Assembly: GCA_951406725.2 (NCBI GenBank)
Contig: OX597819.1
Coordinates: 96,286,001-96,350,000, forward strand
DNA length: 64,000 nucleotides
Source of the DNA: Octopus vulgaris
Lineage: Eukaryota
Reading direction: 5' to 3'
Below the pieces are notes generated by a model. It did not search any database. It was given only the letters and a program-made list of their open reading frames with translations, and had not been told where the DNA came from. Position 1 is the first letter of the stretch; every line of letters begins with the position of its first letter. Of this stretch, positions 1 to 13,328 are shown one piece after another. Position numbers and translations under genes: made by a program.

Positions 1-31
1 TATACATATGCATATATATAAATATGTATGA

Positions 32-108
<77 letters not shown>

Positions 109-305
109 CATACATATGCATAAATACGTACATGGATGTAAATCTATGTAAATAAATATGTATGTATAGATATATGCGTACATATACTTACCTACACATA
201 TGTATGTATATATACATATACATGTATGTATATATGACACACGCACACTCACATACACACACACATTCATTAATAACTCTGTAAGCTTACAGTATAACTT
301 TCGCT

Positions 306-462
306 AGATATGAAATTCAAGCCTAATGAATGAAACTATTAATACCAAAGTTTTCAAAACATCACTAGACGCCGGGAAAAACATTCTACCCCGGCGTCTA
401 ACAATATTTTCAAATCTGTGATATTAATATTTTCATTCATTTAACTTTGAAAATCAATATCT
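306..462. repeat. Imperfect fold-back (MITE-like palindrome)
   Basis: Perfect inner arms tagacgccggg (366-376) / cccggcgtcta (390-400). Outer arms gaatgaaactattaata / tattaatattttcattc and agatatgaaattcaa / ttgaaaatcaatatct. Confidence 0.7.
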
Positions 463-666
463 GCCGTTAGCAAAATTTTGGAGAAGCTGATAGTCTTATT
501 AATAATAAAGATGTCTCACGCTGCTATTATTGTATTGAGTACTTCAATATTAACTATGGTTTATATCTATAATATTACTTGGTCTGTCTATTCATCAGTC
601 AGCCTGTCTGTCTATCTATCTGTCTACCTGTCTGTCAGTATGTCTGTCTTTATACTTGACGATATG

Positions 667-891
667 ACTGTCTGTCCGACTGTCTGTCCGACTGTCTGTC
701 CGACTGTCTGTCCGACTGTCTGTCCGACTGTCTGTCCGACTGTCTGTCCGACTGTCTGTCCGACTGTCTGTCCGACTGTCTGTCCGACTGTCTGTCCGAC
801 TGTCTGTCCGACTGTCTGTCCGACTGTCTGTCCGACTGTCTGTCCGACTGTCTGTCCGACTGTCTGTCCGACTGTCTGTCCGACTGTCTGT
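667..891. repeat. 12-bp minisatellite (ACTGTCTGTCCG)n, ~18 copies
   Basis: Perfect tandem array; it accounts for the VCPT-repeat ORF 478-906. Confidence 0.97.
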
Positions 892-1402
892 ATCTATTAT
901 GTGTAAATCAAAGCGATATATGAATATACATTTTTCATACAGTATGGGAGACTTGGAGGTGAATATGCTTTACACTGTTGAATTCCCTATTCATAGAACA
1001 AACTCTCGCTTAAGTTGACGTGTATGGACAACGCACTCGCTTTAATACCGTAGAGAACTTAGAGACACTGGTAGTTCAGCATACTTGTATCTCCTCAGTC
1101 ACAGACACCATCTAATCGTTCTTATATATATGATAAACGAAATTGTAAAATAAAAGGAAATAAATTTTGAGTATGAACAAGACTTCATATTCTATTTCGT
1201 CATAATTATTGCTAATATACACTCCAGATAATATTACCAACCAGAGAAGCGAACACGAAATCACCCATCGGAGATATTTTACAGCGTGAGTGACAACTCA
1301 TAGTAGTCATAGATGTTGAATATTAATCGATGCGGCTAGCCGTAATCTGCAACATAATTGAGAGCCACCAAGGTATCTGCACGGATAATATATCCCTCTA
1401 AG

Positions 1403-1443
<41 letters not shown>

Positions 1444-1449
1444 TTCACT

Positions 1450-2268
1450 GCCCCAGATTATCTCAATGCATTTCTCCCCAGTGCCTAGTGGGGTAATCTA
1501 TATTTACCTTGATACTTTGGTGGATGGACTTCCATTATGTTCCTCTCAGTTTCTACATTACCGTTACTAAAGTTGATCTTACCTGGGATATTAATATCGT
1601 CTGAATGCCTACTGTAAAGTAAAAGAGTTGTGGATTGTTCAGCTAAGGGTTGCTTAAGGCCGGCCACATCTCCAGCTACACCGACCCCAATGGCTGCACC
1701 TTGAGCCTGCATCTATAGTTTCTTGTTAAACTTTACTATGTGGTTCTTCAAGGTGGTGCTTACGCTAGCCCGTATTGCATGTGCAATCATTCCATTCACC
1801 TCATTGTTGTTCTCGGGGTCTTGGGTGGGTGCAGTCCAGCCACTCCAGCCACTCCAGCCACTCCAGCACTCTGTGGTGATTTTCATCACTTCTGAGCTGA
1901 TGGTGCGTAGTCTTTCCCTCTGTGACCTGGTGGGGCAGAATCTACTGAGCTCATGGTCGTCTAAATAGTCACTGTCGTAGCTTAGTACAAGGAGGAGGAC
2001 CTAGTTCTGTGGGCTATATATTGACAATCTGCCACCAATTCCCTGTTCCTAACTCGCTGTTTCAGTTTTTGTAGGCCTTTGGCAACAGATGAACTGAGTT
2101 GGTGGGACCCCTTCCCATTATGTTCTTTAGTGGTTTTGTTGTACCGGACTAAGATGTGTTGGAGTCTATTTCCAGCTAAGGAGATCTTTGCTGCTGTTTC
2201 ACTGTCAATTTGGAGTGGGATACATATCCTTTTGTTGAAGTCTGTGGCGAAAGAGTCAGCAGAAGTTC
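1450..2268 (-). pseudogene. Decayed Penelope-like reverse transcriptase fragment (family distinct from the two full elements)
   Basis: Minus-strand translation gives KRICIPLQIDSE...KGLQKLKQRVRNRELV (PLE N-terminal region), then TELG/LLVLSYDSDYLDDHELSRFCPTR. It continues TTLKNHIVKFNKKL*MQAQGAAIGVGVAGDVA (RT motif B, QxxGxxIG) and LLLYSRHSDDINI (motif C, degenerate RYVDD). The 3' side abuts (TA)n at 1406-1442. Confidence 0.72.
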
Positions 2269-2405
2269 ATCATTACCTTCTACCGGAGCCGCGTGGAGCT
2301 TAGGTGTTTCACTTATAAGCACAAGCATCACCCGGTCTGAGATTCAAACCCACGATCCCTCAAGCGCGACTCCGCTGGTTTAACCACAAGGCCATGTGCC
2401 TCCAC
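2268..2405 (-). mobile_element. tRNA-derived SINE family C, 5' fragment
   Basis: Similar to 14790-14926 (ccggagcc..gtgga..taggtgttt..cccggtctg..tcgaaacc..taaccac..gcctccac). Confidence 0.75.
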
Positions 2406-3492
2406 ATAACTATGATTAAGCTGTCAAAAATATTTTCTGATCTAGCAGACAAGTGACAAAAAGCATTCCAGCTATGACCATCACCTTTTCTTATGGGATG
2501 TAGTGTCACAAAAATTACGAGTCTTTTTGTTGGAGCGAGCTCTACAAGTTAATGTTGAAGTTATCACAATGAATATTGCAAGCTAACCACTATTCCATTG
2601 TTTCTGGTAATGGAATTTTTATAAATTTTGTAAACTACCTGCTTAATTATTTATTAGGCGGGCAAGTATTCTGCCCGAGAAATAGTCAGACAATTATAAG
2701 CTAGCTAATTCAATGAAGAGGTACATCATTTGATCGAACAATTGTATAGTCATCGTTGAAACTGACGGAGTTCTATTGAATTTGATCACTGATTCAGACA
2801 CTGCGATTCAGACACTGCGATGCACAAAATCAATTACGTTAAACTCACCAATCTGAAAGGACCTGCATGATGTTATGGGTACTGTCCCCTAATCTTTGAC
2901 TGGCAAAATGATTTGTTGTGTTTAATACATCTCCGAATTCATATCCTTCTGGTTAACTTAAACATTTATCACTGCAAGATCGATAAAATGTCTATAAAAT
3001 ACTTTGGTTAATGTATGCCACTTTACGTTTCTCACAAACTTTCTGGTTAGTTGTTATTTAAAACAATAGAGAAGAGATAGAAATCTCTCTCGTGTCGCCA
3101 TGACTAAAATCAATAATAAAATGTCTTAATTTTTGTTTTATTGAAAGCTAATAGCAGTACCCGGCATTAGCCTGGTTAATAGAAAACAACCAAGATTTTA
3201 AGTTTTGCCAGATGGCTTACTGAACAAGTGAAAAAAGACTTTTCTTGTGATTATTAGGAAAAAAGATGGAAAGCTTCATTAAATAGTAGAAAGAGAGCAA
3301 CAGTTGTTAAATTTCAAGTAAAAGTAGTTTGTATTTTATTTGTAGCAGAAATCTGATAAAGCCGAAAGTTAGGAAACAAATTCGAAGAAGGCGAGGAGAA
3401 GCGAAATTTAAAATCCCGGTGAAAACGAATTTTATGAATTTTATTCTATTTTTGATATTGAGTCTCCTTACCAATAAAAAAATGTCTGTGAA

Positions 3493-3533
3493 TAATTGCT
3501 AATTATATTGTGAAACAATATAATTAGCAATTA
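3493..3533. repeat. Perfect 19-bp inverted repeat with GAA loop
   Basis: taattgctaattatattgt-gaa-acaatataattagcaatta. Confidence 0.9.
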
Positions 3534-4416
3534 AGGAAGAATTTCATTAGAAATACTTAATTTACAGATGGATTAGCGGATTGAATGACTTATGATATTA
3601 GTTACTTATCTCTAGGTTCCGAGTTCATGTCGCACCGAAGTTGACACTTGATCTTCATCATTCTGAGATCGATCATGTATTGGGATCAAATAAATCAACA
3701 ACACTCATTCCTCCAAAAAAATTTTAAACTGGTTTTAAAATTATTTCAAAAGAAATATAGAAATCAGTTAAAATAACAGCCAAATCTCCCTCAAACTGCA
3801 ACCTTTAATCTTAAATAAAGGACACGTAAAATAATGTATTCCTACCCATGACCCTAAAAAGATAACTTATTCTCAATAGGAATGTTTTTGGTTATAGATA
3901 TTTAGCAGGTCTGCACTTGATTGTAATCCCAGAACTTGTTTGTAAACAAACGGAATTTTGGCAATTTGGTTAATGATGTAAAGCAAAAATCTAGCCTATG
4001 AACATCTTTGTCAATCACTTTCGGATTTTCGAGTGATAATAAAATTTGCTTTGGAGCATATAAAAAAGAAACCATATCTGAAAAGAAAAACAGAGCGTGA
4101 GGTGCATCTGAAAGACAAGAGAGGACAGAATATAGAATACAGTCATGTGTTCACTTCAGGTGTTATTCACTATTAGCTGATGTGGACGGCCAGACCCACC
4201 AGATGGGAAAGGTCTGCAGAGGATATGGGACACGTTTTGGCAGGTGACTCTAGAATCCATTCAATTATCTCCCTCTCTCACTTCCCTCTCCTCTGCACAC
4301 AACCGCAGAAGCTGTTCAATCAAGTCACTACTACGAAAAGAACCGTTTAACGTTCTCTTTTTTTTTTTAGACAGTCGCAACCAACACAATAATTTAGTAT
4401 AAATAGATGATATATT

Positions 4417-4804
4417 CTTTTCTACCCTAGGCACAAGGCCCGAAATTTTTGGAGAGGAGGCCAGTCGATTAGATCGACCCCAGTACGCAACTAGTACTTA
4501 ATTTATCGATTCCGAAACAATGAAAGGCAGAGTCGACCTCGGCGGAATTTGAACTCAGAACGTAAAGACGAAATACCTATTTCTTTATTGCCTATAAGGG
4601 GCTAAACATAGAGGGGACAAACAAGTACAGACAAATGGATTAAGTCGATTACATCGACCCTAGTGCGTCACTGGTACTTAACTTATCGACCCCGAAAGGA
4701 TGAAAAGTAAAGTCTACCTCGGCGGAATTTGAACTCAGAACGCAGCGGCGGATAAATACCGCAAAGCGTTTCGCCCGGCGTGCTAACGTTTCTGCCAGCT
4801 CGCC
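4417..4804 (-). mobile_element. tRNA-derived SINE family A, dimeric copy
   Basis: The reverse complement begins ggcgagctggcagaaacgttagc (A box) ... gagttcaaattcc (B box), followed by the core gaggtcgactttgcctttcatcctttcggggtcgataa. The B box/core unit occurs twice. Confidence 0.9.
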
Positions 4805-5213
4805 GACTTTAATAGATGATATATTGAAAGCTAACGACTTTGCTTCTCCTCCAGTCAATTTTCCTGTTATGCCATTCGAACACTTCATCTTATTGTTAAA
4901 GAACCGCTCGGTTTTCGCTGACTTGGGGCTAAATGACACAAATGATTTGGTGCCCAAATTACCTAGATGAGGGCACAATTTGTGCCTTGTTATATTAACA
5001 CACTAAAAATGTCTTTGTTTTAGAAATATTTCAGCTATAACCAAGAAATTAACTAAGTAACATTAGTGACATGGGTATAGGCATAGCAAGGAAGCTAAGA
5101 TATTCGTTTTCTAAAAATATGTGGTTCGATTACAGTTTGTGCAGGTGTTTTCTATTATAGCCGCGAGTTGAAACAATGCCTTAGTGTGTATAAATAAAGC
5201 CTGTCGTATAATA

Positions 5214-5297
<84 letters not shown>

Positions 5298-6239
5298 ATA
5301 TGTATACATACATATATACGCCCACACAAACATATATGTGTGTATATATATATATGTGTGTATGTGTACATATATATATAGTGGTACTCGCGTCGATATA
5401 GTAGACTAAACACTTGAAAGCGATGCTCCAGCGTGACCGCCGACTACCGACTGAAAACATCAAAATAAGCAAAGCACAATGGTAACATCACTTCCGTAAC
5501 GACTAACAAATGGGAATAACATTATTGGTAGGTTTCACTTTATTATGGATCGATTTTTCTTAGAAGCCGCAACAGTAGTCTACATATGTATATTGTCACA
5601 TTAATGAGTGACGGCTGTAGTTTATTAACCCCTTATCTCAAGGTGAAAGATACTTCAATATTTATAATATGTGACTGCCCCCTTTGTAATCTCTTGGTTC
5701 TTTTAAAATGAACTGAAATATTCCAGTGTTAAGAGGCCACTACATAAAACTTTTCTTAATTGAGATCATTAACGTAAATAAATGTTCAAATTTATACATA
5801 TATATGTGTAGATGGGTGCAATCTATATGTTTCTATATATGTGGCTATATGCTGGTGATTGTATAACTACACGTAACAAAGGTTATTTTATTCTGCTCTT
5901 TGTCTATGAGAGATTCAAGAAGTTTCACGTTTCACCTTGCCAGCCAGAATCGACAAAAGGTTCAAGGAGGATATTTCGTGAAACTATAATACCACATTGG
6001 TTAACTGACCACTATAATACCTACATAGCAACTATAACCAACTATTCCTTGACCACACGGTCACACTAATGCTCACATGACTGGATTGGACTGGATTGCC
6101 GATGTTCAGTCCACAACCTGTTCCCTCCACCAACAACGATGTGACGTGGAGGCCGTGAATTTGAGCTTGAAATCATACTGGTTTGATGAGCTTACTCTGT
6201 CACGCTGGCTCGACATGACTTCGCAGAGGGGTGCAGTTT

Positions 6240-6390
6240 TTATACTCTTACCCAGGAGTAGTTAAGTCGATTAAATCAACCCCAGTGTCCAACTGGTACT
6301 TTTTTATCGACCCAGAAAGGATGAAAGGCAAAGTCAATCTCGGCGGAATTTGAACTCAGAACGTTATGCTAACAATTCTAACAAGCTCTC
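6240..6390 (-). mobile_element. SINE family A, truncated
   Basis: ccccagtgtccaactggtact..gaaaggatgaaaggcaaagtcaatctcggcggaatttgaactcagaacg. Confidence 0.85.
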
Positions 6391-9126
6391 TTTAATTACC
6401 TGTAAAACAACTATGACGTGCTGTCCCTGACCCACACTAATATCTACGCAGTAACAACAGCCAACTATTTTGTGACCACACTAATACCAAATTAATTAAT
6501 CTCTACTATGAAATTGATTAATCTTTTTCTCGATAGTCAACGTTAAAGGGATATTCATTCGTTCACCTCCGACGTGGTTGAACCACCAATTCCAACCTGT
6601 CGAGATATACAGCGCGGGTTGTACTATTCATCCTCTCGATTGGTGAATAGGAAACGTGGCTCGCGAGATTTCCGCTCGGGTGAATTTCCTGAATCACCAT
6701 CTCACATTTGTTCGCTAATCTGTCACAAAATTATCCTCTATTTAGAAACTGAATGGACTGGAGCATTGTGAAATGGAGTGTTTTGCTCGGCGCGATTGCG
6801 TGTATCACACACACACACACGCGCGCGCGCAGGAATGATAGTGAAAATATCCAGGGATGCTTAATTAAAATTTCTTAGAATCTGGAATGAGAATGGGTTA
6901 GTAATGAGTTCATGGATGATTTCTAACATGCTATTCTGGGATTTCGCAACGGACTGAAGTCTACGAGTTCCTGTTAGTAGAAGATTAATTAGAGACCTAT
7001 ATAAGGATTTTTGTGAACACAGTCTGTGTGCACATGTGTGTGTATATGTGCGTGTGTATACAGAAAACAAGAAAATATTTATAAAACAATAATATCTAAT
7101 ATTAAAAATTATGCGACAAAAGCGCCACCTATAGACACCCACAGAGGCCAAATTGATTATTTTCTGAATTTCTAGCGACGATGAATGAGAAAGTTGAAAT
7201 CATCGTTTTTTTTTTTTACCAAATAAATAATGCAATAAACTCATAGTTAATTCTTATCTCTTTGGAATTAACATAAGCAGAATGGAATTAATGGCAGAGT
7301 CAACCTTGATTGCCTGGGAGGAGAGCGAGAAAGAAGTGGGGGGAAAAAAGTTACTCTGAAACTCATTCAAATAAATGAGTCAAAACAAAAAAAACGATAA
7401 GACAATTTCCATTTTCTTTTCTGGCTGATAATTTTGGAGATATATCTGTATATGTGATTAGAATTCTTAGATTAAATTTGAAGTTCCTTGCAGGTAATCT
7501 CATCCATGTAGGGCGAGGTCTTCTTTGAGATAGTTTTGTCATTTATCACTAGCAAAAGTAAAGAAAATGGCTTCTTTTAGAGTTTTTTTTTTTAGTTATG
7601 TCCGATAGCTAAAAAGATAATACGAAGCGCTCGGTACAATAAAGACGAAAACTGTGTGTTTATTGATTTCTACTGTGAATGCTTGTAAAATTAGGTACTT
7701 TAGTCCTCCTGTCCTGTTACTGATCTCTCTGATAAGTGTTGTTTATCATGTGCGAAAAACTTATGAGCCACGCTCTAAGTTAGGTATGGACAACCCTTTT
7801 CGAGAAGTGGGCCCTCTGAGACATCACTCATCATCAGGTGGGCCACACTACTAAAAAAAAAAATTCGGGGTAATATTTCGTTAGGCGTGCCATTCAGAAA
7901 GTTCAGTGGACTGCAGGTTGCCTTTGACTGCTCTGTGTGAACACACGGTCGCTAGAAATAATAGCATTTACATTCTCTCAAATCATATCCTACAAAGTCA
8001 TTGCTCTATGGAAGACAACATCGCTAAAAAGATGGGATGATTATGATTGGAATGTCTCTGAACGTAAACCAATAGATTCAAGGATGAGAAATGGGAGCCA
8101 AAAATAAAAGTGACAGTTCCGCATGTTTCGGCCTTATCAGACCTTATTATTTTGCCTTTTGATGCCTACTTTTTGCCAGTATAATTTGCATAATTATAAA
8201 ACCTGAGCTAAGGGAAACTCACCTAAGCCAATGTCACAACTTCAGGTAATTCACATAGGTGTGGTCGTATACTGAATGTCGTAGAAAAAACAAAATCTTG
8301 ATTATTTGGAATTTGCCTCTTAGTTGGAGTAAGAAAATATTTTATCGACTCAGGATCAGAAAATCACAGTTGATAACCAGTCAAGATTTAAACTCAGAAT
8401 TTAAATTAAGTTTGAACTCTTTTCTATGTGTAAAAATTTGTCCACTAGCGAAAACAGACTCAAGAAGATTATGTTTCGCTAATGAGATGTCATAAGACAG
8501 AAACATGAACATATCTGTCGCCTTGCCTGCTAATAGTGTTCAAATCTCTTCCGACTGAGGATGAAAGTTAAATTTCCCGTAGACTTAATTCTTAATGTCT
8601 GAAACATACTTATTATTTTCTTTGATAGCGGTTAACCATATAGGTTAAGCTATAGGTTTTTCTTTCTTCAACTAAAAAGAGAATTTCAATTCTTTACGTC
8701 ATTCAGTACGTTAAAATCTATCTGAAGCAGCTGTTAGTTTACTGGTGTTTATTTGGAAAGAGATTCTGCAGCATATTGATTCGTTGTTGGCGCCACATTC
8801 TTATCATTAAGGCAAAAGAACTCTCTCTTAAACGTGAAAACCTAGAAAAGTATTTTCTTACACGAAGAAACTGAAGCAATGTTAAATTGCTATCGATGTG
8901 AAACTGTTGTTGGCGCTACATAAGTTATCTCACAATATACTAATGTAACGCTGTTATTGGTGTTACAGATGTGACAATGTTGGTGTTTCAGCCACAATGT
9001 GACAATATATTGAGGCGACACTGCTGTTGGGGTTACAGCAGTTATGTAACAACATGTTTATATGAAAACGCTGTCGGAGTTACAGTCTTTATGCAACTAT
9101 ATATTGAAGTGACGCTCTTGTTGGTA

Positions 9127-9501
9127 TTCCTTTTTACTATAGGCACAAGGCTTGAAATTTAGGGGAGGGGGATAGTCAATTACATCGACCCCAGTGTTTC
9201 ACCGGTACTTAATTTATCGACCCCGAAAGGATGAAAGGTAAAGTGACCTCGGCGGAATTTGAGCTCAGAACGTAGCGGCAGACGAAATACCTATTTCTTT
9301 ACTACCCAAAAGGGGCTAAACACAGAGAGGACAAACGGATTAAGTCGATTATATCGACCCCAGTGCGTAACTGGTACTTAATTTATCGAAAGGTTGAAAG
9401 GCAAAGTCGACCTCGGCGGAATTTGAACCCAGAACGTAGCGGCAGACGAAATTCTGCTAAGTATTTCGCCCGGCGTGCTAACGATTCTACCAGCTCACCG
9501 C
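9127..9501 (-). mobile_element. SINE family A, dimeric copy
   Basis: Same two-unit structure and same junction (gacgaaatacc|tatttcttta) as 4417-4804. Confidence 0.9.
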
Positions 9502-9884
9502 TGGTATTGTAGTATTTATATAACTACATATCGGTATGACACAGCTTTGACAGGCACTACGTAACAATATATTGATGTGACAATGTTATTGGTGTTACAG
9601 TAGCTAAGTAAATACATATTCATATGACACCGTTTTGAGCACTTGTCACCATGAAATAACATATTGATGTTACAAAGTTGTTGGCGTATAAAGATTAATG
9701 GAATTAAAAGAAATGGTGATGGTATTGTCAACTTTTCAAATTCTGACTTTATTCTGAAATTGAAGCTTTGATCTGGTCACGGTTGACTTTACCTTTCACC
9801 AATAATCAACAGTGAAACTCAAACTTCAAGGTATTTGTTACAGCTATACATCAACTACTGATACATGACATGTGTTTATAGCGA

Positions 9885-10740
9885 TCATAGTGTAGTGAGG
9901 TATAGCATGGCGGTTCCTAGTGTAGAGAAGTATAGTATGGTGGTTCATAGTATAGTGTGTTATAGTATGTAGTTAATGAAGCAGTGTAGCATAGCATACT
10001 AAAGTATTTCGTAGTGTAGTGTAGTAAACTATCGGAGTTCATAGTGTTGTCTGGTATAGTACAAGGGTTTATAGTGTAGTACATTATAGTATAGCATGGT
10101 AGTATAGTGGATGTTGTATAATACAACACAGTAATGTACGATACAAGTAAGATGATTTTTTTCCGAACGCTGAGTTGCCGTTAGAACAATAAAAATAGTG
10201 GGTAAATTGCCCCTAGAAGGCGGAAAAATTTGCCATGGCTCGTTGTTGACAAATTTTTCTGCCTTGTAAAGGTAATCTAACCAGTAATTCTGCTGTTCTA
10301 ACGACAACTCTACGTTCGAAAATATATCATCTTATTTGTTTCGTACAATAGACATTTCGACGCTTCCAAAAAAAAAAAAAACACAAAAAAAAACCAAACA
10401 AGCAAATATTTGTTTATTTACATTTATACTCACATAGTACAGTAAGTCATATTGTAGTGCGTATAGAACTGTAGTTCATAGTGTTTTGTGGTATAGTATG
10501 GTAGTCCATAGGATAGTGTAGAGTGGCAGTTGTATAGTGTAATGTGGAATAGTATCGTAGTCCATAGTGTTGTGTGGTTAATATCATAGTTTATAGTGTA
10601 GTATGACGTCGTATGCCAGTCCACTATATAGTGTGGTTAGTATGGTAACACATAGTATGACATAGTGTGATATAGTTTTGTTGTTTGCAGTGAAGTATAT
10701 CGTAGTCCAGTACAGATTAGTGTAGCGTTGTTGTTATAGA
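9885..10740. repeat. Degenerate pentamer satellite (TAGTG/TATAG-like), interrupted at ~10145-10430; similar tract at 11380-11520
   Basis: Recurrent tagtg/tagta/catag units. Confidence 0.65.
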
Positions 10741-10964
10741 TGTTGTTTAACCACAGGTTTGTTCGAATCGAGATTTATGATTAAAGAAGTTCCAGTTGTG
10801 ACCATCCTATCATTGTGTATACGGTGAACTACATTGTCTAATTTGTCCTTCCTTTTTTAAGATGGTAGAGTGTGAGTTGAGGGACGTTTGTCTGCTATTT
10901 CTACCATGTAATATTGTATAATGTGGTGATGTGTAATTTACTAGATCTTTTACATTTTATCTCT

Positions 10965-11181
10965 TATCTTTAGTTCCAGTTTTTGAACTACGGTCATACT
11001 GGGGCACTGCCTTGAAGGGTTTAGTCGAAGGAATCGTTCCCAGTATTTATTTTTTTACAAAGCCCAGTACTTATTTATATAGATTTATATAGATCCCTTT
11101 TTGCCGAACCGCTAAGTTATGGAGACGTAAACAAACTAATACCATTGTCAAGCAGTAGTAGAAGACAAACACAAGCACGAG

Positions 11182-11215
<34 letters not shown>

Positions 11216-11370
11216 GACGGGCTTCTTTCAGTTTCCGTCTACCAACTCCATTCACAAGGCTTGGTATAGCTATAGTAGAAGACACTTACTCAAGGTACCG
11301 TGCAGTGGGACTGAACCCAAGGACGCATCGTTAGGAAGCAACCTTCTTACCACAAGCACAGCAGTGCCTA
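10965..11370 (-). mobile_element. tRNA-derived SINE family B (internal microsatellite)
   Basis: Reverse complement of the 20545-21025 family: gccgaaccgctaagtt, acgacgggcttctttcagtttccgtctacc, agtgggactgaaccc. Confidence 0.85.
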
Positions 11371-12910
11371 TAATGTACTCTCAGCGTATTATATCGGTGT
11401 ACATTGTAGCGTGGCACAGTATAGTATATTGTAATATAGTTTGGTGTAGTGATGTGTAATTTAGCATATTGTGTAGTGTGATATAGTACTGTACAATGTA
11501 GTGTAGTGTTATACAAGTTATACTAGGAGTAATTTAAGATATTGTCATACGTGTAGAAAATGTAGCTTTTTATCTCAAGACATTATTTATTTCTTCAAAT
11601 ATTCCATTATTTCCACAAAACACTGTTCCATCACACCAAAGATATATAATACGCTAGCTTACTATTGGAAATAATCTAGCTTTTCTTCTTATGTCTTGAA
11701 AGGAGGTGACGTTTGTAGCTGTATTGATAAATAAATCGCCATCAGATAGATTGAACAGGAAATAGGATAACTTTTCTGATAGTGTTCCCCTCAATATCGA
11801 TTTATTTGAAAATACAATGAAAATGTGTAGAATATTCTAGAAATATAAGTAATAGTAATTAAGATAATATATGTTATATAAGTGATGTTATTTTCAGAAA
11901 TGTGTTACGAAATACGTTCGATATAGTTAATGTAGCGAAGTCGAGAAAAAGTAAACTGCCAACAAAGTAGAGCGAATGGTTCGATTCCGAACGGAAACCG
12001 TTCCATTATATAAACTTCAGTAGTCTCCTCTAGAAAACCATGAACGCCACAAAAACAGTCGTCTTGGTTATATATGTGTGACTATGATTAGGTAAGAAAA
12101 CTGTTCTGCAACGTAGACATAGAAGAACAAACAAATGTATGAAAATAGAGAGCAATATCTGAAATACGGTTGCAAGGATTAAGAAATGACAGAAAATTAC
12201 TGTAGGATAGAAACGGAGCTGACAGGATGGGGGAGCCGAATTGAAAAGAAAAAAAAAACTGGCAGTAAATGAAACTATGAGAGAGGAAGGACAGGCAAAT
12301 TTTGAAATTAAGGCTGAAAAAAATGGAGAAGTGACAACAGAATATAGCGAGGATTGATAGCAAATGAGACAAAGAAAAATAACTGATTAATAGGAAGTGA
12401 GAGGACAAAATATAGATTCTTAGGAAAAGAGACAATCCAAGATATAGAAAGTACGATACACAAAGTGGGAGCAGGTTTGATAATGGACTTATAAGAAATG
12501 AAACCGGGCGAAAGAAAATACTGAAAATACAAAGAGAGCACAAGCATTGAAAGTAAGTGACACCAAGAAAGAATAAGTATTGGATGAAATGAGATCAGGA
12601 CAGCGCAAGTATTGACAGGAAGTAAAACTAAGAGAGAAGTACTGACAGGAAGGGACTCCAGGACGAAAACTCGCTGACAGGAAGTGAGACTAAAGATCTT
12701 TTCAAAACTAGGTATTGCGAAAAAGAAAAAAATCAATAAATACTTTTTCGTGTTTCGAGTATCATAAAATATGCTAGAATCACTCGAGATGATACCATGA
12801 GATGTTTCGATTTCAGGTTGAAGTAAATTTGCTTTAACGGCAACGCTAAAGTACTTTGAAAAAAGCATGAACGCCACACAAACTCCATAAATACTCCAAA
12901 CGTTATAAAC

Positions 12911-12913
12911 CTA

Positions 12914-12992
<79 letters not shown>

Positions 12993-13091
12993 GTCTGTCT
13001 ATCTATGTATCTGTCTGTCTGTCTGCCTGCCTGCCTGCCTGCCTGTCTGCCTGCTTGTCTGTCTGTCTGTCTGTATGTATGTATGTCTGTC
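12911..13091. repeat. Compound tetranucleotide microsatellite (CTGT/CTAT/CTGC)n
   Basis: Direct inspection. Confidence 0.95.
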
Positions 13092-13279
13092 TAACTATGA
13101 ATTTGAAAATATAATATATATATATATATAATAGAAATATTAAAATTACTAAGTCTCTCTAAAAGAGAACAACGGCAGCGTTTCCGGAAAATAATAGTTA
13201 TCGCCATACTAATATGGAGCTAATAAGCGGACAGCTTTATTCTTATTTTTATAAGAATGCCATATTAGTATGGCGATAA

Positions 13280-13328
<49 letters not shown>

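Noticed and set aside
667-891. CRISPR-like or Cys-rich protein repeat
   Set aside because: Spacerless perfect 12-mer derived from (CTGT)n in a eukaryotic context.
8115-8150. Minus-strand ggtc(tgataa)ggcc-GAAA-catg half-hammerhead
   Set aside because: The CUGANGA core is absent or degenerate and there is no stem I.
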